DNA of 64,000 nucleotides from Mustelus asterias (taxonomy: Eukaryota): contig NW_027590680.1 in the NCBI RefSeq assembly GCF_964213995.1, positions 62,001 through 126,000 on the forward strand. The letters are read 5' to 3'. The position numbers were made by a program, and so were the translations under genes. Below the pieces are notes generated by a model. The model did not search any database, was not told where the DNA came from, and was given only the letters and a program-made list of their open reading frames with translations. The number at the start of each line of letters is the position of its first letter. Position 1 is the stretch's first letter. Below are positions 40,541-52,839 of the stretch, piece after piece.

Positions 40541-40619
40541 GCTGAAAAAGTTAGAATCAACATGGTTCAGTCCAGGATGTGAGTAACAGCAGCATAACAG
40601 CAGAATCCAATCCCTGCTG

Positions 40620-41210
40620 TCACTTGTGAACTCGCTGGTGTCTCAGTAGGTGGGATGAATTAGTGAATCTCTTCCCACACTGGGAGCAGGTGAATGGCCT
40701 CTCCCCTGTGTGAACTGGTTTGTGTCTCAGTAGGTGGGATGACTGAATGAATCCCTTCCCACAATCGGAGCAGGTGAACAGCCTCTCCCGCGTGTGAACT
40801 CGCTGGTGTTTTAGCAGAATTGATGAGTGAATGAATCCCTTCCCACACTCGGAGCAGGTGAACGGTCTCTCTCCAGTGTGAACTTGCTGGTGTGTCTGCA
40901 GGTTGGATGACTGAGTGAATCCCTTCCCACACGCAGAGCAGGTGAACGGTCTCTGCCCGGTGTGAATGTGTTGGTGAGTCAGCAAATCCGGTTTCCTTTT
41001 AAAACTGTTCTCACAGACAGAGCAAGTGAAAAGTTTGTTATCAGAATGAACAAGATGGTGTGTCTGAAGACAGGATAACCGAGTGAATCCTTTCCCACAC
41101 ACAGAGCAGGTGAATGGCCGTTCCCCGGTGTGACTGCGTCGATGAGCCTCCAGATGGGAAGGACAACTGAATCCCTTCCCACAGTCCCCACATTTCCATG
41201 GTTTCTCCAT
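40620..41210 (-). CDS. C2H2 zinc-finger protein, 7 fingers
   Basis: Intact 196-aa ORF MEKPWKC...HQRVHK. Confidence 0.88.
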   Translation of the reverse strand: MEKPWKCGDCGKGFSCPSHLEAHRRSHTGERPFTCSVCGKGFTRLSCLQTHHLVHSDNKLFTCSVCENSFKRKPDLLTHQHIHTGQRPFTCSACGKGFTQSSNLQTHQQVHTGERPFTCSECGKGFIHSSILLKHQRVHTRERLFTCSDCGKGFIQSSHLLRHKPVHTGERPFTCSQCGKRFTNSSHLLRHQRVHK

Positions 41211-42601
41211 GGTGCCAGTGTCCTTGTGTCTCTCCAGGTTGGATGATCAGTTGAAGCCTCGGCCACACACAGAACACATGTACAGTTTCTCCTCACTGTG
41301 AATGGTGTGATGTTTTTTCAGGCTGTGTAACTGGTTAAAGCTCTTTCCGCAGTCAGTTCACTGGAACACTCCCACTCAGGTGTGTGTGTGTCTCGGTGCT
41401 TTTCTAGTCACACTGATGTTTGAAATTCTTTTCCCACAAACAGAACAGACAAACGTTTCTCCTTCCACATTCAGAGGTTGATGATATTCAGCTCCTGATG
41501 AATCGAGTGAATGTCAGATATTGACGAGTGTTTCCCGATTGTAACTCCCTGTGGAAAAAAGATTTTAGAAAAGCTGTCAATGTAAGAACAGGATAACATT
41601 CAGAACAAACGTTTCTCTTGGTTTGAGTTTGCTGTGTGTTAATCCTCCCCTTTTAACCCCTTAGAAAAGGAGTTTCCAAAATCCATCACTGTCAGAGGAT
41701 ACAAACTCTGAATTTGGTTATCTGAAGGGGATGAATGAACCGGGTTAGACGGAAAAGGCAGGGGAATACCACTCAGTGAATTGCTCATTCTGAGAGCCAG
41801 CACAGACGCAATGGGCCAAATGGCCTCTTTCTGTGCTGTAACAATTCAGAGAAAGTCACAACATTCCCTCCTCCTGGTTCCGAGCCCAGGATGATGACAC
41901 ATTGATTTGATTTATTGTGACATGTGAAAAGTAATGTTTCTGGCAACCGATACAGACAAAACATACCATTTATAGAGTATATAAGGGAGAAGTACAAAGT
42001 CTCACAACACCAGGTTAAAGTCCAACAGGTTTATTTGGTATCACGAGCTTTCAGAGCACTGCTCCTTCATTAGGTGAGCGTGTTCACCTGATGAAGGAGC
42101 AGTGTTCCAAAAGCTCCCAAATTTTTAACAAATTTAACAAAAGAATAACCAATTTTAACAAAAATAACAAACAGAACATAATTTCATTCATGCCTTGTGA
42201 AAAACATGGATCTGAATCTTGTGTTCAGGGCTGGGTGTGTGGAGATATTTTCAGAGGAGCCTTGGTCAACACCACTGAGACCAACTTTAAATTGCAGATT
42301 GTATGAATGGAATGGATTTGAAGCCCTGTCCCCAGAACATTGTGCTGCCTCTCTGGATTATTAATGCAGCGACATTGCCACAAGTTCAGTCTCTGAATTC
42401 AGGGGAATGATCACAGGCACATATTCTTAAAGGGAGACTGCAGGTCCAAGAACATAATCAGCTAATTAACTAGAATCTTAAACTCCAGCCAGTATTATGG
42501 TTGGTAACATCAGAGAAACAAACCTGAATTGTCAGAATGAACATGGTTCAGTCCTGGGTATGATGAACGCCAGCAACATCAGTGGAATCCAAACCCTTCA
42601 G

Positions 42602-43100
42602 TCACTTGTGAACTTGCTGGTGTGTCATCAGGTGGGCTAGCTGACTGAATCCCCTTGCACACACTGAACAGGTGAATGGCTTCTCCCGGGTGTCAACTCG
42701 CTGGTGTGTCAGAAGGTTTGATGAAGTTTTGAATCCTTTCTCACACATGGAACAAACGAATGGTCTCTCACCAGTGTGAACTCGCTGGTGTGTCAGAATT
42801 TTTGATGAATTAGTGTATCTCTTCTCAAACACAGAGCAGGTGAATGGCCTCTCCCCAGTGTGAACTCACTGGTGTGTCAGCAGCTGGGATAACTGAATGA
42901 ATCCCCTCCCACAAACAGAACAGGTGAATGGCTTTTGTCCAGTATGAACTCTCTGATGTATCAGAAGCTCAGATGACTGAGTGAATCCCTTCCCACATAC
43001 GGAACAAGTGAACAGCTTCTCTCCAGTGTGACTGAATTTCCAGCAAGGATGGGTATTTGAATCCCTTTCCGCAATCTCCACATTTACACAGTTTCTCCGT
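42602..43100 (-). pseudogene. C2H2 ZNF pseudogene
   Basis: In-frame TGA at 42866-42868, deletion in the first finger, start codon mutated. Confidence 0.8.
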
Positions 43101-43994
43101 GATGCTGGTGTCCTTATTTCTCTCCAGGTTGGATGATCAGCTCAAGCCTCGTACACAGTACACATGTACGGATTCTCTCTGCTTCAATTGCAATGTTTTA
43201 TACACTATGCAACTGTTAAAACAATCTTCCCTCCATATTCAAAGGGCAATAATACTCACACTCCGATTCATTGAGTATCAGATATTGATGCGATGTTTGG
43301 TTTGCGTTTCCCACCTCCAAATCCTCTGCTTCTAATAACCTGATAAAGGAGTTTGAAAAGTCATCACTGTCAGTACAAGATAGAAATTCTGAACAGACAG
43401 TTCTCATTTGGTGGAATATTTTCCACTTTCATTCCCCCAAATTCATTTGGTCCTGAATTGATCCTAAATTGAATATCTTCTCCACAAATCCTCAGCTTCT
43501 AATATGTTGTCAATGGAATTTACAAATGTAACCAATGTCAGTCCAGGATAGAAATTCTCAACAGACAATTCAAATCTGTATATCCCCATCCCACACACTC
43601 TCCCTCCTCCCTGGAAATCCAAATTAAGTTTTGGATAATTCTTTCGAGATCCTTTTAACAAATTTAACAAAAAAAAACAATTTTAACAAAAATAACAAAT
43701 TGAGCATAATTTCATTCATTACTTGTGACAAACATGAATCTGAATCACTCTGACTGGCCAGACAGAATAACAGACGTTAACAGTTACATGGGTAAGATGG
43801 GTATAGAGGGATATGGACCAAATGCAAGCGATTGGGAGTAGTTTAGGGGTTTAAACAAAAAGGGCGGCATGGACAAGTTGGGCCGAAGGGCCTGTTTCCA
43901 TGCCGTAAACCTCTATGACTCTAACCTTGCGTCCAGAACTGTGTGTGTGGAGATTTTCTCAGAGGAACCTCAGTTACCAGGGGTTTACAATGGG

Positions 43995-44283
43995 TTTGCC
44001 TCACAGCATCAGGGACCCGGGTTCAATTCCCGGCTTGGATCACTGTCTGTGTGGAGTTTGCATTTTCTCCCCATGTTTGCGTGCATTTCCTCCAGGTACT
44101 CCAGTTTCCTCACAGTCCAAAGGTATGCAGGTTAGGTTGATTGGCTGTGCTAAATTGACCCTAGTGTCAGGGGGGATTAGCAGGGTAAATGTGTGGGGTT
44201 ACGGGAATAGGGCCTGGGTGGGATTGAGGTCGGTGCAGATTCAATGGGCCGAATAGTCTTCTGTACTGCAGGGATCCTATGAT
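43995..44283 (+). mobile_element. HE1-type SINE
   Basis: gcctcacagcatcagggacccgggttcaattcc followed by the typical body. Confidence 0.8.
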
Positions 44284-44494
44284 TACCATCACTGAATCTA
44301 ACTTTAAATTGCAGATTGTATTAATTGAATGGATTTGAAGCCCTGTCCCCAGAACATTGTGCTGTCTCTCTGGATTACTAATGCAGCGACATTGTCACTA
44401 GGTCAGTGTGTCCCCCCTGCTCTCTTTATTGGAGGTGGCTTGTGGGGAGAAAACGGAAGCGGTGGATAGTGAGAGTGGAGAATGTTCATTGTAA

Positions 44495-44945
44495 TCCCCC
44501 GGCCCCAGGCACTGACCTCTCACCTCACAATGCCCGGGGACTGATTGACAGCAGCTCCGACCAATAGGAGGAGGGGGCGGGGCTGGCGGACCAATCGGAA
44601 TGAATGAGAGGCGAGGCTGAGTGAGGCATGCGCAGTGTGATTAAGGGCAATGGGGAAGTTTTTTTTCCGATCTGCAATCCGTCCAGGAGAGAATGGCGGG
44701 AGCGATGGATCAGGTCAGTGACTGGATACGCTTCGTAAGCATGTCATATAGATTGCAAATGAGAAAGAATAACTCACCGGTTCCCGGGGACCGTTCCCCC
44801 GCCCTGGAGTGCTTTTCTCACAGAGCTGGGTTAGCGGCCGCCATCCTTATCCGGGCACTCGCAGTAGATAGAGCGCATGCGCAGCCGCCAGTTTTATTCG
44901 GGTACCAGGTAGAGCGCATGCGCAACCGCCATCTTTGTTGGGGGC
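44495..44945 (-). promoter_or_regulatory. CpG-island ZNF promoter region
   Basis: 44500-44650 is the reverse complement of the 5770-5905 promoter; gcgcatgcgc twice, ccgccatctt YY1-type motif, actcac donor at ~44772. Confidence 0.65.
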
Positions 44946-45151
44946 AATAATTTTGATTATTTTTTCCACGAGAAATCAACCTGCTTCACGCTTCCACTTC
45001 CAGTTTCTTATTATTGAGGCAGAACAACGATAAATGGCCAGGGCAGTGACAATCATTTCTATTTATGTAGTGTCTTCAACAAAATAAAAGTTTTAAGGCA
45101 ATTCGGAGAAATGTTACAAAATAACAATTGACACTGAGCCAAATGACGAGA

Positions 45152-45437
45152 TCACAGAATCCCTGTCGTGCAAACCATTGGGCCCATCGAGACTGCATCA
45201 ACAACAATCCCACCCAGACCCTATTCCTGTAACCCCACGTATTTACCCTGCTGACATGAAGGGGCAATGCAGCATAGCCATTCATCCCAACCTGCACATC
45301 TTTGGAGTGAGAGAGGAAACTGGGGCACCCGGAGGAAACTCATGCAGACATCGGGGAAATGTGCAAACTCTGCACAGAGGCTGGAATTGAACCTGAGTCC
45401 CTGGTGCTATGAGACAGCAGTGCTAACCACTGTGCCA
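45152..45437 (-). mobile_element. HE1-type SINE
   Basis: gcagtgctaaccactgtgcc end and typical body. Confidence 0.8.
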
Positions 45438-46649
45438 TCAGTTTTGAGTAGTCTTAACGAAGGAGAGTGAGGTAGAGAATCAGAGCGGCTTAAGGAGGAA
45501 ATTCCAGAGCTTGTGACTTGGACAAATGAAAAAGGTCATTACTGGGAGAGTGATTAAAATCGGAAATGCTTAAGAGCCTGTGTGGCTGAGAAATATTACA
45601 TAAATTTGGATGATTGCAACTATGTAGGTAAACAGGAATGAGAAATTTAAAAATTTGGTGCTTCTTAAAAGGAAGTGTTTGTAGACTGGTAAGCTCTACG
45701 GTGATGGCCGAACAAGATTTGATGCGAGTAAGCACATAACCTTTAAAAAAAAAGTCTGGTTCAGCCTCATTCATTTGGCAGGGACAGGGATAGAGCTGCT
45801 GGTGAGGAACTGAGTGCAATGGGTCCACTCTTCTCAGAATGTCAGACGAATTTGGATGGTGCGTGGCTCAGAGGGGAGCTTGCAGGTGATGGTGTCCACA
45901 TACTCCTGCTGCCCTGGTCCATCCAGGTGGTGGAGGTTGAGGGTTTCGGAGATTCTATCAAATTGTGGCTCTGTTCTAGGTCTATAAAATGCCTCTCCAT
46001 TGCCCATGTCTCTCCCACCCACTTCTCTCATTCTTACTCTTTCTGTCTCTTTTGTCACATTGAATTCTCTAGCCCAGGGTGGTAGATGTTCCATCGTTGG
46101 TTAAGTTTAAGGATGGGATGGAGAGATTTTTGGTTTCCTGGGCGGGGTGGGGAGAGGGGGGGGGTGGCTGGAGGTGGAGGTGAAAGATATGGGGAGCTGG
46201 CGGGAAAGTGGAATTGAAGACCAACACCAGCCATGATCATGTTGAATGGCTGGAGCCGGCTCGACAGGCCAAATGTTCTACTCCTGCTCCTATTGCTTGT
46301 GTTCGTGCAGATCTATGTGTAGACTCAGACCGGGTGGCAGGCTCCCTTCCCTGAAGGAGCTGATTGAACCTGATCACTTTTCACAAAAGATCCAACAGCT
46401 TTCATGGTCACCTTTCCCTCCGGGTCAGCCCCATATAACACCAAATTCATTCACCTCAATTTCACAACCTGTTTTTGTGAGTTCTCTCTCGCTCCCATTT
46501 TACTGTCTGAGATCAATTCCACGGGGTATCAGAAGGGGAGGATTTGCAGTCAGAAAACTCAAACCAAACATCCCATCAGATTCAAATGAAGTCACCTAAT
46601 TTATCGGAACCTGAATATTTGTGAATCGTGAAAATAGAAGGATAAAGCG

Positions 46650-47660
46650 TCATTCACAGTGGGGAGAAACGATGGGAATGTGGGGAGGGATTCAGATCTC
46701 TATGTGAACTGGAAACTCATCAGCCCAGACACACCGGGGAGAGGTCATTCATTTGCTCCAAGTGTGGGAAGGGATTCTCTCGCTCATCCAGCCTGCTGCA
46801 ACACCAGCGAGTTCACACTGGAGAGAGACCTTTCAATTGTTCCAACTGTGGGAAGGGATTGGCTCAGTCAGGCAACCTGCTGAGACACCAGCGAGTTCAC
46901 ACTGGGAAGAGACCATTCACTTGCTCAGAGTGTGGGAAAGGATTCGCTCGGTCATCTGACTTGATGGCGCACCAGCGAGTTCACACTGATGAGAGACCAT
47001 TTAAATGTCCAGACTGGGAAGTGGTATAAAGGTTCCCGGGACCTGATACTCCATCAACGTGCTCACAGTGATGAGAGGCCATTCAGATGCTCTCACTGTG
47101 GGACTGGGTTCAAACAATCATCTCAACTCATTGAACACCAGTGTAGTCACACCGGGGAGCGGCCATTCACCTGCTCTGTGTGTGGGAATGGGTTCAGTTG
47201 GTCATCTAACCTGCGGACACACCAGCGAATTCACACTGGGGAGAGACCTTTCACCTGTTCTGAGTGTGGGAAGGGATTCACTCAATTATCCACTCTGCTG
47301 AATCACCAGAGTGTTCACAATGAGAAGAGACCATTTCAATGTCCAGACTGCAGGAAGTGCTACAAAAGTTCCCGATAACTGCTCCACCATCAACGAGTTC
47401 ACACTGAGGAGAGACCTTTTAAATGTCCAGACTGTGAGAAGTGCTTTAAAACTTCAAGAGAACTGATGCGCCATCAACGTGTCCACACTGACGAGAAACC
47501 ATTCAGGTGCTCTCACTGTGACGCTGGGTTCAAGACATCATCTGACCTCACTGTACATCAGCGAGTTCACACTGGGGAGAAACCATTCACCTGCTCCCAG
47601 TGTGGGAAGGGCTTCACTCAGTCATCCCCTCTGCTGACACACCAGCGAGTTCATAGGTAA
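46650..47660 (+). pseudogene. C2H2 ZNF pseudogene (~12 fingers)
   Basis: Fingers spread over several frames; frameshift at ~47015 and TAA at 47376-47378. Confidence 0.8.
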
Positions 47661-48039
47661 CTAAGGTGATTAGATTTTACTGTTAATAAGATCAGGACTG
47701 ATCCATGTTCATTGGGGTCTGTTTCTGTTCATGTTGGTAAACTTCAAACCAAAAGAGAAAATGCTGGAAAATCTCAGCAGGTCTGGCAGCATCTTTAAAG
47801 AGAGAAAAGAGCTGACGTTTCAAGTCCAGATGACCCTTTGTCAAAGCTTAGTTGGTAAACTTCAACCCAGTTACATGGGCTAATACTCTGGATAAAAGTT
47901 AAATAAGTCAACATTGTGTTCGCACATTATGTTGAATCTTTAACACCTCAAACATTAGTTAGTTCCTTCTGAAGGTCTCTTTCTCGCCCATCTCCTCTAT
48001 TCTCACCTCAACAAGTGTGAGGAGTTCATGAAGCTTCTT

Positions 48040-48860
48040 TGTTACTAAGATTGAGATAATTCGATCAGCTGCCGCTGCTGTATCCCTCCCTTCCACTCGC
48101 CTACTGGGACAAACCATGTCTAAAGTTCCCTCTTGACCAAGCCCAGAACAGACATCTTTCTCCAGTTTCTCTCCTATCTCCCCTCGTGCCCGCTCCATGT
48201 TTATCTTGTCCATGAGACCCACCCCGTGCTCCATCGACCCTATTCTCACTAAATTGCTGATCATCCAACTTCCCCACATTTGGTGATATTGTTAATGGTT
48301 CTCTCTTTTCCCTGGTACTGTCCCCCTCACTTTTGAATCCTCTGAAATCACCCACCCTGAAAAAAACACTCAATCCCACAGTCTTTGCCAACTATTGCCC
48401 CATCTCCAATCTCCCTTTCCTCTCCAAACCCCCTGAACTCGGTGAGCCCCAAGGATCTATCCTTGGCCCCTCCTAGTTCTCATCCACATGCTGCCACTGA
48501 ATGACATCATCCAAAAGCACCGTGTTAGTTTTCCCATCTACACTGACAACACCCAGCTCTACCCATCCCTCTCCATTCCTCCACTGTTACTAAATTATCA
48601 AACTGCTTATCCCACATTCAGTACTGGATCAACAGAAATTTCCTCCAATTAAAAATTGGGAAGACCAAAGTCATTGTCTTCAGTCACCACTACAAATTCT
48701 GTTCCCGAACTGCCAAGTCCATCCCTCTCCCTGGGAGCTGTCTGAAGCTGAATCACACTCTTCACAATCTCCATGTCAGATTTGACCCCAAGATGAGTTT
48801 CTGACCACATATCCACACCATCACTAATACCAGATATTTCAATCCCCGTAACGTCACCTG
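48040..48860 (+). mobile_element. Degenerate L2 LINE
   Basis: gtgagccccaaggatctatccttggccc (PQGSILGP) and tacactgacaacacccagctctac (YADDTQLY-like). Confidence 0.7.
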
Positions 48861-49257
48861 ACCCCACCCCACCCCACCCCAGCTCATCTGCTGTAGCTCC
48901 TTACCCAGCAGCCCACTGTGGAGGCACTGTGCTGGTCCCATTGGCCTGAGCCAACTGAGCATGTGTGGTGCTGGCAGGTGATCTGCATATTTAAAGGGAC
49001 ACTGTCCCTCTGTGCTGTTGTCATTTGAACAGGACAAAAGTATTGTGAGAGAGGCTCATTTCAACAAAGAGGAGGGAGAGTGGGATTCAAGGGAATAAAA
49101 ATAATGTAAAGTTATAAAACTGTCCACCCTGAAATGGTCCTTTTTTCTTTACAGTAATTACTAATATAAATAGTTAAATGAACAGGAAGCTCAGACCAGA
49201 CATCACATCAATCTCACCGAGTCGCTCGATTCATCAGGACTGAATATCATTGGCATC

Positions 49258-50019
49258 ATGGAAGGGGAGAGCAGCAGTCACAGCGAAGACAAACTGTACA
49301 CGTGTTCCATGTGTGGATCTGGATTCAACCAATCGACTGATATGGGAAGGCACAAGTGTAACCGAAACAGGGAGAGTCCATGTGGACAATGTGGGAATAC
49401 TGGGAACAGATTCCATTATCCGTCTGATCAGGAAACGAATCGATTTGGTCACACTGGGGAGAGTCCATGTGGACAATGTGGGGATACCAGGAAGGGATTC
49501 TGTTATCCCTCTGATCAGGAAATTCATCAATGCAGTCACACTGGAATGAGTCCATTCACCTGCCCCTTGTGTGAAAAGCGATTCACTCGATTTTCAAACA
49601 TGTTGCGACACCAGCAGGTTCACACCGGGGAGAAACCCTTCACCTGCTCCCAATGCGGAAAGGGATTCACTCAGTCATCCCACCTGCTGACACACCAGCG
49701 AGTTCACACTGGAGAGAGACCGTTCACCTGCTGGGTGTGTGGAAAGAGATTCACTGAGTCATCGGCCCTGCTGAGACACAAGCGAGTTCACACCGGGGAG
49801 AGACCATTCCCCTGCTGTGTGTGTGGGAAGGGATTTGCTGAATCATCAATCCTGCTGCGACACCAGCAAGTTCACACCGGGGAGAGGCCATTCAGCTGCT
49901 CAGTGTGTGGGAAGGGATTCACTCAATCATCCAACCTTGTGAGACACCAGCGGGTTCACAAGCAACTGCACTGTTCTGATTCAGCAGTTATTACTGCTGT
50001 TAATCAGATTCGGGGGTGA
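49258..50019 (+). CDS. C2H2 zinc-finger protein, 5 intact fingers plus 3 degenerate N-terminal fingers
   Basis: 253-aa ORF; internal 84-bp duplication (ESPCGQCG twice); extension past the usual VHK stop. Confidence 0.75.
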   Translation: MEGESSSHSEDKLYTCSMCGSGFNQSTDMGRHKCNRNRESPCGQCGNTGNRFHYPSDQETNRFGHTGESPCGQCGDTRKGFCYPSDQEIHQCSHTGMSPFTCPLCEKRFTRFSNMLRHQQVHTGEKPFTCSQCGKGFTQSSHLLTHQRVHTGERPFTCWVCGKRFTESSALLRHKRVHTGERPFPCCVCGKGFAESSILLRHQQVHTGERPFSCSVCGKGFTQSSNLVRHQRVHKQLHCSDSAVITAVNQIRG

Positions 50020-50664
50020 ACCTTGTTCGTTATAAAACAGGGGAGTCTTGATGCTGTTGCTGATAACCACAGCAACTGGGCTGCAGTTGGAAGAATTTTC
50101 ATTTATATAGTGCCTTTCACAACCTCAGGGTACCTCGATGCGCAGACAGAAATGTGATGCTGATCAGAGGTGATCTGTTTTTAGTGAGGTTGGCTGAGAG
50201 CGAAATATATAATAAATTTATAATAGAATTTTACACTAAGTTTGAAAACAATGTTACTCAATCTGAAACAGGAGTCTTAAATCCTAACAGAAGTAACCGT
50301 GAAGTTATGAGGAGGCAACTGGATTGTGGTGTATTAGGAAAATACCGAAAAGCAGTGGATCCGTTGTCAACAAATGTATTCCCACAAACAAAGCAGATAA
50401 ATGACTGAGTCAATCTCTTCCCACACACACAACCACCATCATCTAGAAGGACAAGGACAGCAGACACATGGGAACACCACCTGCTGGAAATTCCCCTCCT
50501 AGCCACACACCTTCCTAACTTGGAAATACATCACCGTTCCTTCATTGTCACTGGATCAAAATCCTGTAATTCCCTCCCTAACAGCACTATGGGTGTACCT
50601 ACAACACATGGACTGAAGGAAGGCAGCTCACCACCACCTTCTCAGTAAATTTATGCAAAAGTCT

Positions 50665-50888
50665 GAAAACATGTACCAAACGACTCAAGAACAACTTCTT
50701 CCTTACTGTCATGTTTGAATGGTCCTATCATATATTAAGCTGATCTTTCTCTTCACCCTACCTGTACCTGCACCCTATCCTTTCCTTCTCCCCATGTACT
50801 CCATGAAAGGTATGCTTTGTCTGTATAGCGTGCAAGAAACAATACTTTTCAGTGGATCCCAATACATTTGACAATAAATCAAATCAAA
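50665..50888 (+). mobile_element. Rex/Babar-like LINE 3' end (minus-strand copies at ~38075-38310, 41905-41995, 53420-53615)
   Basis: Recurrent gcaagaaacaatacttttca...gacaataaatcaaatcaaa tail; clade assignment is tentative. Confidence 0.45.
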
Positions 50889-51711
50889 ATTTAATGTACA
50901 TGTTGTGAAGTAGAAATCATGCAGGGCAATTGCAACACTTGTGAGGGACAGTGCAAGGCTCCCTCTACACTTTCCCATCAAACACTCCTAAGGTATGTAC
51001 AACCCATCTAAGGTACAGAGGAAAGTTCTCTCTAAATCATCCTGTGAAAAACTCCCAGGGGAAGCACTGCCCAAGCTCGGTACAAAGGAAAACTCCCATT
51101 ACATGCCACATCAAACAGTGCCAGAGAGGAGGAACACTTTGGATAAGAAAAACTCCATCTGCACTGCCCCACCAAACACTCCCAGCCCATAATGAGCTGG
51201 GTTCCAGGAGGTTAGTTACCAGGCGATTAAATTATGTCATAAAGCAACACCATTTAATCCAGCTGGTCCTCTCTTTGACCTTTTAAAAATGGAGAATTGG
51301 GACATCCTTTCCCCAAACAGCGCCAGAGAGTCGGCACAGTTTTCATAAACTCCCTCTACACCGCCCCATCAAACACTCCCAGCCCAGAATGAGCTGAGCT
51401 CAAGGAGGTTAGTTACCAGGCAATGAAATTATGTCTTTGGTGGAGGTAGGCACGCTGACATCGTTTAAGACTTATCTGGATTGTCACATGAGCAGCCTGG
51501 GAATGGAGGGATACAAACGATTGGTCTAGTTGGACCAAGGAGCGGCACAGGCTTGGAGGGCCGAAGGGCCTGTTTCCTGTGCTGTACTGTTCTTTGTTCT
51601 TTGTCTTAAAACATCCCCATTCGATCAAGCATCTTGTTCATACTGGGAATGTCAGGGTGAAAACTGGGACATTCTGTCTCCAAACACATCCCCTCCTGTT
51701 CACACCGAGAA

Positions 51712-52574
51712 TGATGTGGAGATGCCGGCATTGGACTGGGGTAAACACAGTAAGAAATCTCACAACACCAGGTTAAAGTCCAACAGGTTTATTTGGTAGC
51801 AAAAGACACTAGATTTCGGAGCGCTGCTCCTTTGTCAGGTGAATGGGATTTCAGTTCACAAACAGGGCATATAAAGACACAAACTCAATTTACAAAATAA
51901 TGGTTGGAATGCGAGTCTTTATAGGTAATCCAGTCTTAAAGGTACAGACAATGTGAGTGGAGAGAGGGTTAAGCACAGGTTAAAGAGATGTGTATTGTCT
52001 TCAACCAGGACAGTTAGTGAGATTTTGCAAGCCCAGGCAAGTCGTGGGGGTTACACATGGTGTGACATGAACCCAAGATCCTGGTTGAGGCCGTCCTCAT
52101 GTGTGCGGAACTTGGCAATCAGTCTCTGCATTCTCCAAGGTGGCCTTCACGACAACGCAGAGTCGCTGAGCAGAGACTGATAGCCAATTTCCGCGCACGA
52201 GGACGGCCTCAACCGGGATCTTGGGTTCATGTCACACTGTCTGTAACCCCAACGACTTGCAAAATCTCACTAACTGTCCTGGCTGGAGACAATACACATC
52301 TCTTTAACCTGTGCTTAACCCTCTCTCCACTCACATTGTCTGTACCTTTAAGACTTGATTACCTGTAAAGACTCGCATTCTAACCATTATTTTGTAAATT
52401 GAGTTTGTATCTTTATATGCCCTGTTTGTGAACAGAACTCCCACTCACCTGAAGAAGGGGCTTGGGGCTCTGAAAGCTCGTGGCTTTTGCTATCAAATAA
52501 ACCTGTTGGACTTTAACCTGGTGTTGTGACACTTCTTACTGTGTTTACCCCAATTCAACGCTGGCATCTCCACA
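51712..52574. mobile_element. ~860-bp Penelope foldback with inverted terminal repeats and hammerhead motifs on both strands
   Basis: Starts gatgtggagatgccggcattgg and ends caacgctggcatctccacat; centre matches the GIY-YIG end at 11700-11810; cores at ~51810-51840 (minus) and 52446-52483 (plus). Confidence 0.82.
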
Positions 52575-52839
52575 TTTTGGAAATATATCGCCGTTCCTTC
52601 ACAGTCGCTGGGTCAAAATCCTGGAATTCCCTCCCTATCAGCAGGGTGGATGTACTTGCACAACATGGACGGCAGTGGGTTCAGGTCCCATACATCACAA
52701 AGGTAGACACTCCTGCGCCCCCTACAAACATGGCGATCCCTGCTGCACATTGCCCCTTACAAAGATGCCGGCCGCACATGCGCACTGATAGACATTGCCA
52801 CCAACAGATTGGCGGCCGTCAGCCCAGCCCAACACGACA

